Assembly (NCBI RefSeq): GCF_006345805.1
Contig: NC_043009.1
Coordinates: forward strand, 16,182,001-16,246,000
DNA length: 64,000 nt
Direction: 5' to 3'
DNA from: Octopus sinensis
Taxonomy: Eukaryota
Of this stretch, positions 28,355 through 42,195 are shown one piece after another. The notes under the pieces were generated by a model. It was not told the origin of the DNA. It worked only from the letters and a program-made list of their open reading frames with translations, and did no database searches. The first letter of the stretch is position 1; every line of letters starts with the position of its first letter. The position numbers and the translations under genes are program-made.

Positions 28355-28582
28355 TCTGAGGAACTTGCCCAAAGTAGATGTAGGGGTTTTTAAATCAAAG
28401 CTGGACATCTTCTTGTCGAGAGTCCCAGATTAACCTACCTCACGGCAAGAGGTGCAAATGAGGGAAGCTATATCAGACTCCATTCTTCACCAAGTGCCAC
28501 ATATTAGAGGAGGCTCTTAGTAATAACAGTGTAGCAAAACGGCGGTGCATCAGCATGGCCACAGCTCTGAGCTGAAACTAGA
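28355..28582 (+). mobile_element. 3' end of a CR1/L2-type LINE with stem-loop tail
   Basis: PKE(S)LRNLPKVDVGVFKSKLDIFLSRVPD motif; tail ggcggtgcatcagcatggccacagctctgagctgaaacta. Confidence 0.7.
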
Positions 28583-28605
28583 GAATATATATAGATATAT
28601 ATATA

Positions 28606-29235
28606 CTGTATTTTTTATTGTATTTAAATTTGTGTAACATTGTCCGTTTTTCCGTCCTTGATTTTTATACATTCATGCTTTCTTCCAAGGAATCTAATAC
28701 TATTTGCTTAGATTTTCCTTAGGGCTGGCCAGATTGGAGCAATCTTTGTTCTTTGTTCTTTCGTTCCCCCTCTCTCACATTTCTTTGCCTTCTCTTCTTA
28801 CTGAATTTCCCTCCAATATTCACTTCACTGTGTCTCTGTCATTTTTCTCGCCCCTCCTTAATTCTTCTGTCCCTCTGCTTCTACTTCTCTCTCTTCTCTT
28901 CCCATGTGACCGCCTCGGCCAAGCCTGTTCTTTCCTTCTTGGTCTGACCGTTGCCCGAGCAACATCGATATTCTTCGCTGTGTTTGTGAAATAATTTTAT
29001 CTCTGCCGTAAGGCTTCATTTCCAAACACGCCAGCTTAATTCAGTTCGTCCTTAGTCAAAAGACACCTGGTGCTATACCCTGTTATTATTTTTATTGTAT
29101 TTTATTGCATTTATATTTGTGTAACATCGTCCGTTATTTCCATCCTTGTTTCTGTATACATTCGCTGCTTTCTTCCAGGCAATCTAATGCTCTTAGCTTA
29201 GATTTTCCTTGGGGATGACCAGATTGTAACAATCT
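28606..29235. repeat. Pair of ~140-bp diverged direct repeats, 487-bp period
   Basis: tgtgtaacat..gctttcttcca..gcttagattttcctt..ccagattg occurs at 28631 and 29118; roughly 80% identical by eye. Confidence 0.65.
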
Positions 29236-30574
29236 CAAGAATAATCAGCTGAAATTGTGAGGATAATCTGGTGCTTGTCTGAGGGAAGAAAACTTCGAAT
29301 GGCTCGTCCTTGTTTTCTTTGTGTCGTCTATCTGGATGTTTTGTTTCCCTTTTTGTATCACCTAGCTGTCTGGATGTTCTGCGTTCTTGTCCCAGTTTGT
29401 ATTTTATATATATATGAAGAACAGCATTTCTTTTAAAACACAACTAAGTTCTAATTTAACAAATTTAATTAAAGATCTTTTTTTTTTCATATCTAAGTGC
29501 GATACACTTATAGTATGTTTACAACCTTAAGTTCCTAAATTCCTTTTCGTCTACGCTTACAGTCTAGCTCAGCTTCATTTTCATGTAAACATATTTTCTA
29601 TTGAAAGCACGTCTTTGTTAAACATAATACAGAAATATATAGCAATATGTTAAGAGTATATTGAAAAGGTCGGAAAGCGAAACTTGTGTATCAGAGTTCT
29701 AAAATTCACCTGAGATCGATATATTTTACTTTACTTTGACAGCCACTTTCTTTTGAATTCTTTTTCAAAATTGAAACGATGTACACACACAGAAACGCGC
29801 ACGCACACACGCAAAGAAACATACATACATACATACATACATACATACATACATACATACATACATACATACATACATACATACATACATGGACTGTGTT
29901 TACGGCGGAACACAGTCCATGTAATCGATGAGACTTTTGTAACCCTGTGCTTATGAGTTCAGTTTCGCGTCTTATCTAAATAATTTCATGGCTACATTGT
30001 CAGAATACTCGGTCTTATCACAATGCGCTGGGGATATAAATTTAGTGTGAAATACTTTTATACTGTTAACTGTATATAAAATCTATGAAACTGTAATAGT
30101 TACAACCAGTACGTGTGTTCTAAACGACGAGACTGATCCCAACATCGTGTAATAGTAGATATTTTGATATCGTCGCCTACATGTATTGCGATATAAAATT
30201 GACTGAAATAGCATTTATTTTATTTTATATCATTTGGTTTATTTCATTTTTGGAACGAAATGTTTTTACCAAATATGTAAGGGAAATTAAGATAAAAACT
30301 GCCGAAACTAGACTAATATAAGCTGATAATAGCTACTGTTCTTTCAACCATTCGCTCTGCTACAAATCAAACTTACATTTGTAATATTGCTGGAAGGAGA
30401 TGAATGCAAATCACATCCGTTTTTGTGTGCAATGAGAAAAACGGCCGATTTAGTAACATGCCCATTGTTGCTATACGTTATTTTAAGAAATCTCGATCAT
30501 TCAGTACTTACTGTGTAACGTTGAGATGATAATGGTATATTAGCTAGCATTTTATGTGTATTTACGTTAAGTAA

Positions 30575-30790
30575 AAGGCAGCGAGCTGGCAGAAACGTTA
30601 ACGTATCGGAGAAAAAACTTAGCGGCATTTCATCCGTCTTACGTTCTAAGTTCAACTTCCGCCAAAGTTGACTTTGCCTTTCAGCCTTTCGGAGATCGTA
30701 AAATAAGTACCAGCCGAAGACTGGGCTCGATGTAATCGACTTGTTACCTCTACCAAAATTTCAGGACTAATGCCTATAGTAGAAAGCATG
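30575..30790 (+). mobile_element. SINE family C, near full length
   Basis: ggcagcgagctggcagaaacgtta head, core and 3' tail. Confidence 0.75.
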
Positions 30791-31034
30791 TTTGCCTTAA
30801 GTTAGGTTAAGTTTGTATGATATAAACATCTTGTTAAAGCACCCAAGGTGATATAGATAGATAGACAGATAGATGGATAGAGAGAGAGAGAAAGAGAGGA
30901 AGATGCATGTATGTGTTGACTGACTGAGAGACGGCTAGATACGTGGAGACATAGCGCAGTTATGACTTTATGTACATACAATTACATTTATAAGCATATA
31001 AGTGTACGTACATATATACACACATACACAGATA

Positions 31035-31475
31035 CATGGTGTTCGGACAAAATTTGATTTTAATGTCTCCTTTTTTCTCTCAGTTGCAGCTTCATGTATC
31101 AATGAGCAGTCAACGGCGTGCGAGAGCATAAAGGGTAAAGCTATAGTCGAGAAAAACTTAGCCTGCCTGGAGACTGGAAGCGACCATAATATTGTAAAAG
31201 AGTGATTGTGAAGTTGTAATCACGAGGAAGCGAAACAGCAGGCGTCCTGAGTGCAACGGCACGACGGAGTCCATCCCCAAATCTTTGACCAAGGAATTAG
31301 GCTCTATTCAGACGGTTATGTGAAGATGTTGATGACTATCGTCTATCCCTGGCTAGAGAGGGTTACAGGTAGTAGACCGTTAATGTGGGGCAGCGGGATT
31401 CGCGGCTCCTTGCCAATCCTCCAGAGTCAGAAGTAATTGTTGAAGAATTTCTACGACTTCACCAGTACGACTTGA
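31035..31475 (+). mobile_element. Internally deleted maT/DD37D-like transposase remnant (catalytic region)
   Basis: PQIFDQGIRLYSDGYVKMLMTIVYPWLERVTGSRP..QRDS(A)PC..SQK*LLKNFYDFT; probably the same family as 240-585. Confidence 0.6.
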
Positions 31476-32241
31476 CACAACATCGGTTGGCAGACTGATG
31501 CTGAGGGTCGCATCAAGTGGCTTCTAGCGGCGGAAGCCTCGAATACAACGGGCTTGTCCCACAGAGAACGTTTCCGATTACATTTACTCAGCTATTCATT
31601 ATTTCCCTTAGACAAATGTAGCTGATACCGACCACAACAATTATACACACAGGCGTATACATCCGTATATACACATGTATACGCACACGCATGCATGCAT
31701 ACATGCATCCATGCCTACACGTATAGATTTACACCTTCCTATCTGTATACATACTCATATACTTAAATGCTTTCATATACTCATAAAAGTTATGTAGGTT
31801 ATATTGGTCAGCCGCTTGTGATTGTTTCCTTCAAATTTTGTGAGTGGTGGAGAGAGAGAGAATATACAGAAAAGCGGTTTGTGATCTGCAGTTTCTTTAC
31901 TCAGAATCCGTAATTATTTCTAGCAATAATTGATGCGTTCGGTTAAGTTATGTAATTTCTAAGTGAGAATTTCGAAAACAGGACTTTCAGGCAGTGTGTC
32001 ACAAAATAACACGCCGTTTGTAAATACACTCATAAACGAAACTGCGAAACTATTCGAGACATTTCTAGAATTCTACATGTTATAAATGAATTTTGCAATC
32101 CAAATTCCATTTGAATTTGCTTTCTTGTAAAAGTGCGCATTCAATAAATCTGCAATATATTAAACAAATTATGAATTACTCAAATCTGTATGTAATGCAT
32201 GTATGTATATATTTATGTATATATGTATGCATGTATGTATG

Positions 32242-32275
<34 letters not shown>

Positions 32276-33157
32276 TGTATGTATGTATGTATGTATGTAT
32301 GTATGTGTGTGTGTATGTATGTATGATGGTATATATATGCATGTATGCATATGAGGTGTGTGAATATATAAGTGTATATGTATGTTTGTTAAATAAACAT
32401 GTATAAACATTAGAGGGAATCGGTCGACGTGTTACAGAAATTTACGTCAAGATATGTAGGAAATTGATAGTAGAACGAGAAGAGTCATTGATTCAACATT
32501 GGCTCGTCAGAAATATCCAAGAATGTAAGATTTCAGCTAAATAGCCATTACAGTTTCCTGAGCAGACGATTGGTTCCTGTTGCTGATTATTTCGGTTGTC
32601 TCGCCCTTCACAATCTATTATCTTGCAAGATATCTTTCTTAATGTTGCACATAATTTTAACTAACACACAATTGAAAGAAATGATGTGATACTTTTTGTT
32701 TTTGTCTTGTAGTTGTTCTTGGAAGATATTTTATTAGTCGCTTTCATCCACTTTTGCCATTTGAGATCTTTTTTGTTACTGTTTTTTCTTTGTATGGGAT
32801 TATGAGAAAAGTAAGACAGCATGTGTTACATATTTAGCGGACACATTGCTCAATACGTATACGTCAGTGCGTTATTTCTTCTTCCTAATACGTAGATAAT
32901 CATAGTAGGTGAACTCTAAAAATAACTGAGCTCAATTTTCGATGCTTACTTGCATAAAATTATTTTGGTTTTGTCACTGAACTCCAAGGTAAGCACAAAA
33001 AGCAGAATCCCATTCCCTATGTTTAAAACCTGTTTGATAAGATATTGGATAACCAATTGCGATAACGACAGATGCAACACTTTAAGAATATGCCAACGTG
33101 TGCACTGCAACAATACTAAGCTTTCCCGTCCAAATAATTCCAATTAAGTACTATTTA

Positions 33158-34414
33158 CGAGGGCTGTATGAAAAGTTTTGAGCCTAAGCTAGAAACGGGG
33201 CTGCTAGATAACTGAGACAATTTTTCTGGTAACTACCGTCTTTTCAGAGTATTCTTGCTCATTTTCATGATTCTAATATTTTAATTTTTTGTCGTAGATT
33301 TTTTAATAGAAAAAGATCCAGGTTACAGGGAAAATGGAGAAAACTGAGTATCGTGCTGTCATAAAGTACCTTCATTTGAAAGGCTTGACTCCAGAAATAA
33401 ATGAAGATATGGTTCGAACCTCAACAGACAATGCTCCTTCATATGCAACAGTCAAACTCTGGGTAAATGAATTCCAGCGAGGCAGGGAGAGTGTGGAAAA
33501 TGATGCCATACCAGGAGACCTCCAACTGCAACCGCCAAGGGCAACCCTGACCTTGCTCTTGGTATGATGATGCAAGATCGCCGAATATCAAGTCGTCTGA
33601 TAGCCGAGAGACTGGGCATCTCAAATGAAAGAGCAGATAACATTGTGACAAAAGAACTTGGGTTCTCAAAGGTTTCCGCTAGATGGGTCCTTCGCCTTTG
33701 ACCTTCGCCAGGTGCACTTTGTTCACGAGCAATCTGGAACTGTTTGAAGCCGATGAAAGGAATTTTCTTGCTTGTTTCATTACTATGGACGAAAGAAGGG
33801 TTCATTACTACCAACCTGCAACCGAAGAATAATCAAAGGAACGGAAGCACACATCTTCTCCTACCCCAAAGAAGGCAAGGGTAATTCCTTCAGCTGGCAT
33901 GGTCATGGCGTCCGCTGTTTGAGATTCTCAAAGTGTCTTGCTGATCGACTACCTTGAAAATGGTCACACCGAGACAGGGCTGAAACGCCTCCGAGAAGCA
34001 ATCAAACAAAAAAGGCCGGGAATGCTCACCAGAGGAGTCCTTTTTATCATGGCATTGCTCCAGCCCACACCTCAGTGGCTGTCATGGAAACAATTCGTGA
34101 TTTTGTATATGAACTTGCTCCCCATCTGCCTTATTCGCCAGACTTAGCCCCTTCTGACTTTCATCTATTCCCCCAAATGAAAGAAGCCCTGGCTGGTAGC
34201 TATTTTGCCAGTGACATTGACATCCTAAACGCTGTATGAAGTTTCTTGGAGTCTCAAACAAAAGAGTTCTTCTACGCCGGGATAATGGCGCCTCAGCACC
34301 GCTGGAGAAAGTGTTCATCCATCGAGGGGGACAATGTTGAAAAACAAATCATCAGAAGTTGTGTACCATGTTTTTTTTTTTTTTTGAGGCTCAACACTTT
34401 TCATACACCCCTCG
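33158..34414 (+). mobile_element. Full-length mariner (DD34D, irritans-like), transposase pseudogene
   Basis: 28-bp TIRs cgagggctgtatgaaaagttttgagcct (2 mismatches) and TA on both sides. ORF from 33334 MEKTEYRAVIKYLHLKG; motifs TMDE, YSPDLAPSDF. Frameshifts and stops; second Asp mutated. Confidence 0.95.
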
Positions 34415-35490
34415 TAATATAATTTACGTTGTAAAAATCATCAACGATTCGGAAATTTTGCTTTCTGTTTTTAACTTGAGATATTCGATGCAACACTAAA
34501 ATCAAGCATAGAAAATAATATTAATGATAACTTCCACAGTAGTAAGACAAGGGATTTTATCTTAACAATACTATATGGAAAATATCCACTTGAGAATTTG
34601 AACTCAGAACGTACAAGTCTAAATAATGAGAAATAGTCGATTACTCTGTAACAAAGATATTCTCAAATTCAAGTTCTGCAAATTAGAGGACTACAGCAAA
34701 GTCTCCTCGGGATTAGATGCAAAGAATGAAAGCTATCGCTTTCATAGGCTCAGAAGTGTTTCTGTTAACTACATTTCCATCACATTGTTTTCAGAAACAT
34801 AGCAGACATCTCCTTTACCTCAAGCTTTACATGTGCAGCTATCTTCAACGAACCTGTTTTGGTTCTAACACCATATTTTATCAATTACAGCTTTACATAA
34901 GTTGCCAGGGAGATTAAAATAAATATGTTTTCAAAAGCGTCCTGTATCCTCCATTATTACTGAAATTGCACCATGGCAACGAGAAAATAGGTGATTGTTT
35001 TGTTTAAGATAAGTTACATGACAGACCATTACGTGACAATTGGTAAGTGAGTAAATGCGTATATACACACCATACACAGATACAAACACACACACATATG
35101 TATATACATATATACTCGCGTAAATATGCATAAATGTATATATACACACATATCATATGTATAAATCATCTGTGCGTGCGTAAGTATATGCGTGCGTAAG
35201 TATATGCGTGCGTAAGTATATGCGTGCGTGAGTGTGTGTATGTGTGTGTGTGTGTGTATGTGTGTATGTGCGCACGCGTACCAAGACAACGTAACTTCAG
35301 TTGGCAGCATTAGGCTGCAGCGGGCATAATAGTATATTTATATGCATATTCAAAACGTTTCCGAACTATACATATATATATATGTAGTAAATCCCCCCAA
35401 AAAGACGAAGAACAAACACAAAAAAACAATAAGGCAAGGGCGTGGTACATGTAAAGTATTAGCAGGTGCTCAGAGAAGCAAAGAAAGGTG

Positions 35491-35526
35491 GTTTAACGTT
35501 TCGAGCAGACGCTCTTCTTGAGAAAC
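35491..35526 (-). ncRNA. Inactivated minimal hammerhead motif (G5C)
   Basis: Minus strand gttt-CTCAAGA-a-gagc(gtct)gctc-GAAA-cg-TT-aaac; 4-bp stems I and II, palindromic ACGT stem III. Confidence 0.5.
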
Positions 35527-35598
35527 AGAAGAAAGTCCAATATTAAAGGAAGACGTTGAAAGAAAATCGCCAGCAATTTGCATGTGGTTCATTTTGAA

Positions 35599-35650
<52 letters not shown>

Positions 35651-35653
35651 GAT

Positions 35654-35720
<67 letters not shown>

Positions 35721-35833
35721 CATAATTGAAAAATAGGATAAAATCTTTATAATAAATTATCAAGTAGTTATCGTGGAAAACCTCATAAGGAAAAAAACCA
35801 TCAATTATTCCTCTTAAATATATTTATTTATAT

Positions 35834-35986
<153 letters not shown>

Positions 35987-36339
35987 GCATATATATATAT
36001 TATTCATATTATTAATTGATTGAACGCCACGAATTTCTTTCCAAGTAAATTTATTTTTATCTTTTTGATGCAACTCAACTCTATACTGTTTTCTCCCACA
36101 TCGTTTTCTCTCTATCTCTCTCTCCTCTCTTTCTCCTTTTCTCTCTGTCTCTCTCTTATGCCCTCTTTATATATATATATACATATTATGTATATATATA
36201 TATGGATATATACATATGTACATACATATTTATATAAATATATGTGTGTGTGTGTGCGTGTGTGTGTGTGTGTATAAAGTATTGAGGATGTAACTTCCTT
36301 CTAAGGAACTGTCTATATATATTGACAGTTAAAAGTTAT

Positions 36340-36620
36340 GGCTTAACTTTTATGGATTTGGTGGACGGAAACTGAAAGAACTTCATCATATACAGACAGA
36401 CATACAGACAGATTGATTGATAGATAGATGTTTGTGTGCGTGCGTTTGTCCCCTACTATCGCTTGGCAATCGATGTTGGTGTCCTTACGTCCCCACAACC
36501 TGGCGGTTCGGCAACATTTATCGATAGAATAAGTACTAGGCTTACAAAGAATAAGTCCTCGAGTCGATCGATTTTGTCCAGCATAGGCGCTGTCAAACGG
36601 CTGAAACAAGTAAAAGAATG
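36340..36620 (+). mobile_element. SINE family A, 5' truncated and diverged
   Basis: ggatttggtggacggaaactgaaaga..gaataagtactaggcttacaaagaataagtcc..ctgaaacaagtaaaagaa. Confidence 0.8.
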
Positions 36621-36625
36621 AAATA

Positions 36626-36734
<109 letters not shown>

Positions 36735-36989
36735 TATGAAATTCATGTATTTACGTCTTTGTTGTTTTTCCTTTTACTTCTTTTTGCATTCGTCTGTTTT
36801 GGATTTTATTTACCGTGACAGATAAGATATTTTCTCACTGACATTTTTCGTATATTCAATCTGGGAAACATTTCATTGTAATAACTTGCTTCATCAGAGA
36901 AATATCCAATGAGAAAAATATAGAGTGTTAAGAAAGAGGAATGCTGTAGCTTGGACAATAACACGAAGCGCATGCAGTCACGTGTGCGT

Positions 36990-37262
36990 GTGTGTATGTA
37001 GACAGATATACAGAGACATACACACATTCATGTTTACATTCATACATGCATACATACATACATACTTACATACATACATACGTACATACATACATACATA
37101 CGTACGTACATACGTTCATATATACATACATACACATACATACATACACACACATACATACATACATACATATATACATACATACATACATGCATACATA
37201 CATGCATACATACATACATACATACATACATACATACATACATACATACATACATACATACA

Positions 37263-37292
<30 letters not shown>
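36990..37292. repeat. (ACAT)n microsatellite
   Basis: Direct reading. Confidence 0.95.
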
Positions 37293-37293
<1 letters not shown>

Positions 37294-37747
37294 CTTGTAT
37301 GTGGTAGTGATCGGGTCAAAATGTACTCAAAACCATTTGTACAATATAGATAATTTTATTTAGTGAGTTCAAACCAAGTGGCTGATGCTAAAAGATTCCC
37401 ACATACTACCTGTGCCAAAACGACAGGCAGATATTTTGGTCTGAAACCAATAACATACAACACAGATGTAGCAAGATGGCGAAAAGAACATACATTTCTG
37501 ATTCCTCAGCTGAGATTTCACATGGCCGTAACGCTACTTTATCAGGAAACCGAAAGATTTCACATAAATATAGGGCATAGCAAATATCTTTGAAGAAAGA
37601 TGGTCATCAAAGAGAAGTAATTACATTTAAACACATCAATAGGAAGGCGCTAAATGTTGGAATTTAAATAGGTGCACACGTTTACGAAAGTAACACAATT
37701 AATATACACATTTGATACATAGCGTCACTACTAACACACATGGGTGT

Positions 37748-37790
<43 letters not shown>

Positions 37791-38094
37791 TGCGTATTCT
37801 TGGAATTGGTTCATTTACCTTCTGTAGAGGAGAGAAAGATATAGTAGACATTACTCGGTCTTTTATGAATCCAAATCGCCCATTTAGTACATACGAACAT
37901 AAAATGTGTAAAACCAAACCTATGTGAAATACACTGGACTATTACTGTATTCCAAATACAAGGTAACACTGAATATTAACGCCTATATTAGTAGAGTAAT
38001 TTTATAACAATTAGTAGAGTACTTTTATAACAAAAGGAATACGTTCAACAAATAGATTGAAATAGTAATTGTTGGCATGGACAAACTAAAATAC

Positions 38095-38268
38095 TTCAGA
38101 TTTCGTCCGTTTTTACGTTCTGAGTTCAAATTCCACCGAGGTCGACTTTGCCCTTCATCCTTTCGGGGTCATTGAAATAAGTGTATAAAATAAACACTGG
38201 AGTAGATTACGTCAACCCCTTCCCCAAAATTGTTAGGTGTTGTGGCAATAGCAGAAAAGATTATTAAT
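38095..38268 (+). mobile_element. SINE family C copy
   Basis: gttctgagttcaaattccaccgaggtcgactttgcccttcatcctttcgggg core. Confidence 0.7.
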
Positions 38269-38748
38269 AGAATGATACTTGTTAAGATCCACTAGAATTG
38301 ATTTATTCCAATCTTCTTTAGAATAGGAAAAAAAAGGATTCAAGTCGAGATGACATTGCTGTTGATGACCTGGAGGGTTAAGTGAGTGTGGGAAGGTTGT
38401 TTAGTATAAACGAGAAAAGGATTAGAATATGGTGATTTAATAATTTCTCCTCTAATGTATTTCCTCTAAAATAAGATTGAATTTTTACTATTTCGATAAC
38501 TTAAACGATAATTTCTTGCTTTTAAATATCTTTGATGAATTCTAAGTAAAATTACTGGGCGTCATACTTGTTTGCTTCTTCAATACGAATTTATATATTT
38601 TCATTCCGAATATATATCAATCGAATTTTCGAAATTTGTGAAGCAATCAAATTGCCTTAATTCAATTCTCTAAGGTATTTAACTCTAAAATGTGTATCAG
38701 TTAACTAAAAACATACTTGTAGATGTCTATTTATTTCTCAATAACTTA

Positions 38749-39972
38749 CGAGGGTTGGTTGAAAATTTCATTGGCTGACGAAGATATTCTCGGGGAATGT
38801 GACCAAATGAGGTTTACTCTTTAAACATAATATCTCTTGCAGTTCCCACACTTCTTTCATCGGTGTTAGACTACTTCGATCTCATTGGTGCAGCAGTTAT
38901 GACGTCAGCATCACTGCGATACTGATTCCAAGCTAAGTGTTTTTATATTGGAAAATAGATGAAGTCGGATGGGATCAAATCAGGAGAATAGGGTGGAGCT
39001 TGATCAACCAGTTCAAAGCCACAGTCACGCATTGTAGCCATTGAAACCAAAGAATTGTGTGCTAGAACTTTGCCCTGATATAACAACCTCACCGGGTCTT
39101 TGGTCTCCATAGCCTTTCGTAAATACCCCAGCAAGTTGATATGGTATTTTCCATTGATGGTGTGACATATTTGAAGATAGTCAATAAACACAATGCCTCT
39201 TACATCCCAAACAACAGAGGCCATCACTATCCCTGCAGATGAAACGACCTTGGCTTTCTTTGGACCAGGTGAGGAGAGTTGTTTTCACTGCATGGATTGT
39301 CTCTGTCTCTCGCTCAAAGTGCTGAAGCCAACACTCATCCTGTATTAGGAAATGTTCAAGGTAACCAGATGGATCTGCCTCAAACAACTTTATATTATTT
39401 CCTGGTGCACTTTTGATCAGGTGTCAGAAGACGTGCCACACACTGAGGGGAAACTTTTTCATGCCAAGTTCATCGGGCAAAATATTCTCAACTCTCACGG
39501 GATATGCTAATAGCATTGGCTATTTGATTTATAAGCAATCACCTGTAATCCATCACAATGTGGTGAACACAACCAATGTCTTCTTCGGTGGTGGCAGATG
39601 CGAGACCTCCAGACCATGGGTCATTTTCAACACTCTCCTTTCCCTTCCTATATTCGGCTGCCCACTTTTGCACTGTTGACAAAGCTGGAGCGACATCTCT
39701 TAATGTAGCATACGTGCCAACATGAATGCCCATCGGGGCTAAACCCATTTTCTGCAAGTATACAATACCTCGATGCCAAATTTTGTCCATTTTCATGAGA
39801 AGACATTACTAGTTACTTTTTTAAATCTTCTTTAAACAGTCAGATATCATTTTTCCTGGGAGGAAACAATGCAGTTATTAATTAGAAGTGTTGAAATTAA
39901 TGGATGCAAGATTTCACTGGTGGAGTATCACTCCTTCATAGTCAAGCTTATGAACTTTTCAGCCCACCCTCC
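38749..39972 (-). mobile_element. Full-length mariner (second irritans-like family), transposase pseudogene
   Basis: Degenerate ~30-bp TIRs (cgagggttggttgaaaatttcat / atgaacttttcagcccaccctc). ORF from 39796 MKMDKIWHRGIVYLQKMG; motifs VVWDVRGIVFIDYL and PPYSPDLIPSDF. Confidence 0.9.
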
Positions 39973-40766
39973 ATTTTATAAAGGAGGCGCAGAAATCGAA
40001 CCCACTTTTCACATAACATTAACAGTGCTTATATAAGTCTTTTTCCAAACATATATTTCTATGCTAAATTCACCGCAAAATTTTCCCGGCCCCTTGTCTA
40101 CATAGATATAAAAGTGGGAAATTGTAACCTTCACGCTTTTACGTAGAGTGAATTAGCAGAGACTAAAACGCAAATAGATGAATCGTCATAGTAAAAATTT
40201 ACGTGACCAGGTTACCTTGCTGTCACACATGCCATAAAAGAAATTAAAGCCTGCACTGCTGGTCAATCAAAACGGTTAGCAAGGTGAATTTTATCAGCCT
40301 TTGTGAATATAATCTAGTGATAAATGTCTTGCCATTGACCAAAAACTGTGAACTGAACACCAACTATCAACCCTTTGAGCAGAAGTCTAACATCTTATCC
40401 GCACTAGTACTTAACTAGATTTAACATATATATTTAACATATATACTTTGATGTAGATTCATATATTGTTTGCACATTGGTAATGGAATTTAAAAAGAAA
40501 ACTCGATGTGCTCTGAATTTTTCTAAGGACTTGCTAATTAGATATATTCAAAGATAACAGTAAATTATTCATATCACGAGAGGGACACCCAATTAATCAC
40601 TTTCCAAATTATATTTTCTTTTGCAGCGAATAAAAGTTATCTTTCTACATCGATTGCCACATGCAGTTCAGCGGTCATAAATGAACGAAATTATTTACGG
40701 TAAAAGTATAGCTGTTGACAAAACTAAATATACTTCAGTTAATATATCCATATACACATATATGCA

Positions 40767-40807
<41 letters not shown>

Positions 40808-40812
40808 GTGTG

Positions 40813-40844
<32 letters not shown>

Positions 40845-41209
40845 CGTGTGTGTATGTGTGTGTGTATGTGTGTATGTGTGTCTGAAGGCGCGTGAATTAA
40901 TGGTTAGGGTATTCAGTTCGCGATTTCAGTATATATGCACATGTCTAGACATGCAAATATATGCATGAGAATACATAAAAGCAAACTATACCAATCTGCA
41001 GATGCACCAACTCCATATACTGCACACATACACAAATACCTATAAAAAACACCTTGGTGATGTTGAAATTCTAATGAAGGTGTCTTCGAGCTAAGTTAGA
41101 AACCAATTTTTTCTCTCTTGAAATTAAATCTTGAAATAAAACTAATTAATGAGATATATATTAATATTTCTAAGCGCATTTGTTTCTAAGAGCATCAGGA
41201 ACAAGATAT

Positions 41210-41258
<49 letters not shown>

Positions 41259-41876
41259 TATATATAATATATATATATATATGAGTTACATGTAGGATTA
41301 AAACATTTTAATTCAATTCTTTGGTACTCCGAGTTTCAAGTGTGATGCAAATCTTCAGTCATTTTGAATTTGAATGAGAGAAGTTAATAGTAATTACCGT
41401 AAGGTGTGCTGCGATTTGTCGGGGAAGGTCACGCGGTGTCGTGGTTTGATATTGTTATACCAGCAACAACAGTTACTCGGAAAATACAGCATAGTGAACA
41501 GGAAATCGACAGCGTGGTGGACAGGAAATCGGTCAAGTTGTTGAAGTAGGAAGGGGCAGTATGTGTAAGTATATAATTGTATATGTGAGTGTGTGGACGC
41601 GCTCATATGGTTCTGCGTGCATGTCTGTACTGATGTGAGCATGCGCATCTGTACATGGGCGCGCAAGCACACTCCACCCCCACCCCCGCACACACACATA
41701 CATATGAACGAACATGCACGTGCACACATATATTCGGATACAGACACACATTTATATGTACAATATCTAATGGTGTTGATTGATACTCATATGAATTTGG
41801 AAACTTTTAACGTAATATAATTTCTTTTTGCAGAATAATCTGACTGAATTAATTGCTAATAAAACCCCTCAAAATT

Positions 41877-42195
41877 ATGAAAGTATCGAAAGTGTATTTA
41901 AGACACATAACGCTTTATGAATTCAAAGAAGGAAACGATGCAGTAGAAGGAACCCGAAATATTGTTAATGGGGTAAAGTGCATGAACGAACGAAGTTGCA
42001 GAAGATAGTTTGCAAAGTTGAAAAATGATGATCTCAGCCTTAGAGAGAGGCTAGAAATAGGACGGCCTGTTGAGGTTGATGATTAGCTTCTTTTGTCAGA
42101 GCTTGAGACCGATAACGCTGCGTCAGTTGATGAATTGACAAGCAACCTCAATTCAAGCCATTCAACAGTTCACTGCCATCTTCAACAGCTTGGAA
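41877..42195 (+). mobile_element. Mariner (cecropia/Hsmar1-like) transposase N-terminal HTH fragment
   Basis: MKVSKVYLRHITLYEFKEGND..FAKLKNDDLSL..GRPVEVDD..SHSTVHCHLQQLGK; broken by a microsatellite. Confidence 0.7.

Noticed and set aside
29658-29692. TTGAAAA..GAAAC..GTA motif
   Set aside because: Stems I and II have at most 1-2 bp; expected by chance.
41321-41360. Minus-strand CTGAAGA..GAAA-ctcggag-TA
   Set aside because: Core words present, but stems I and II do not pair; at best a very old remnant.
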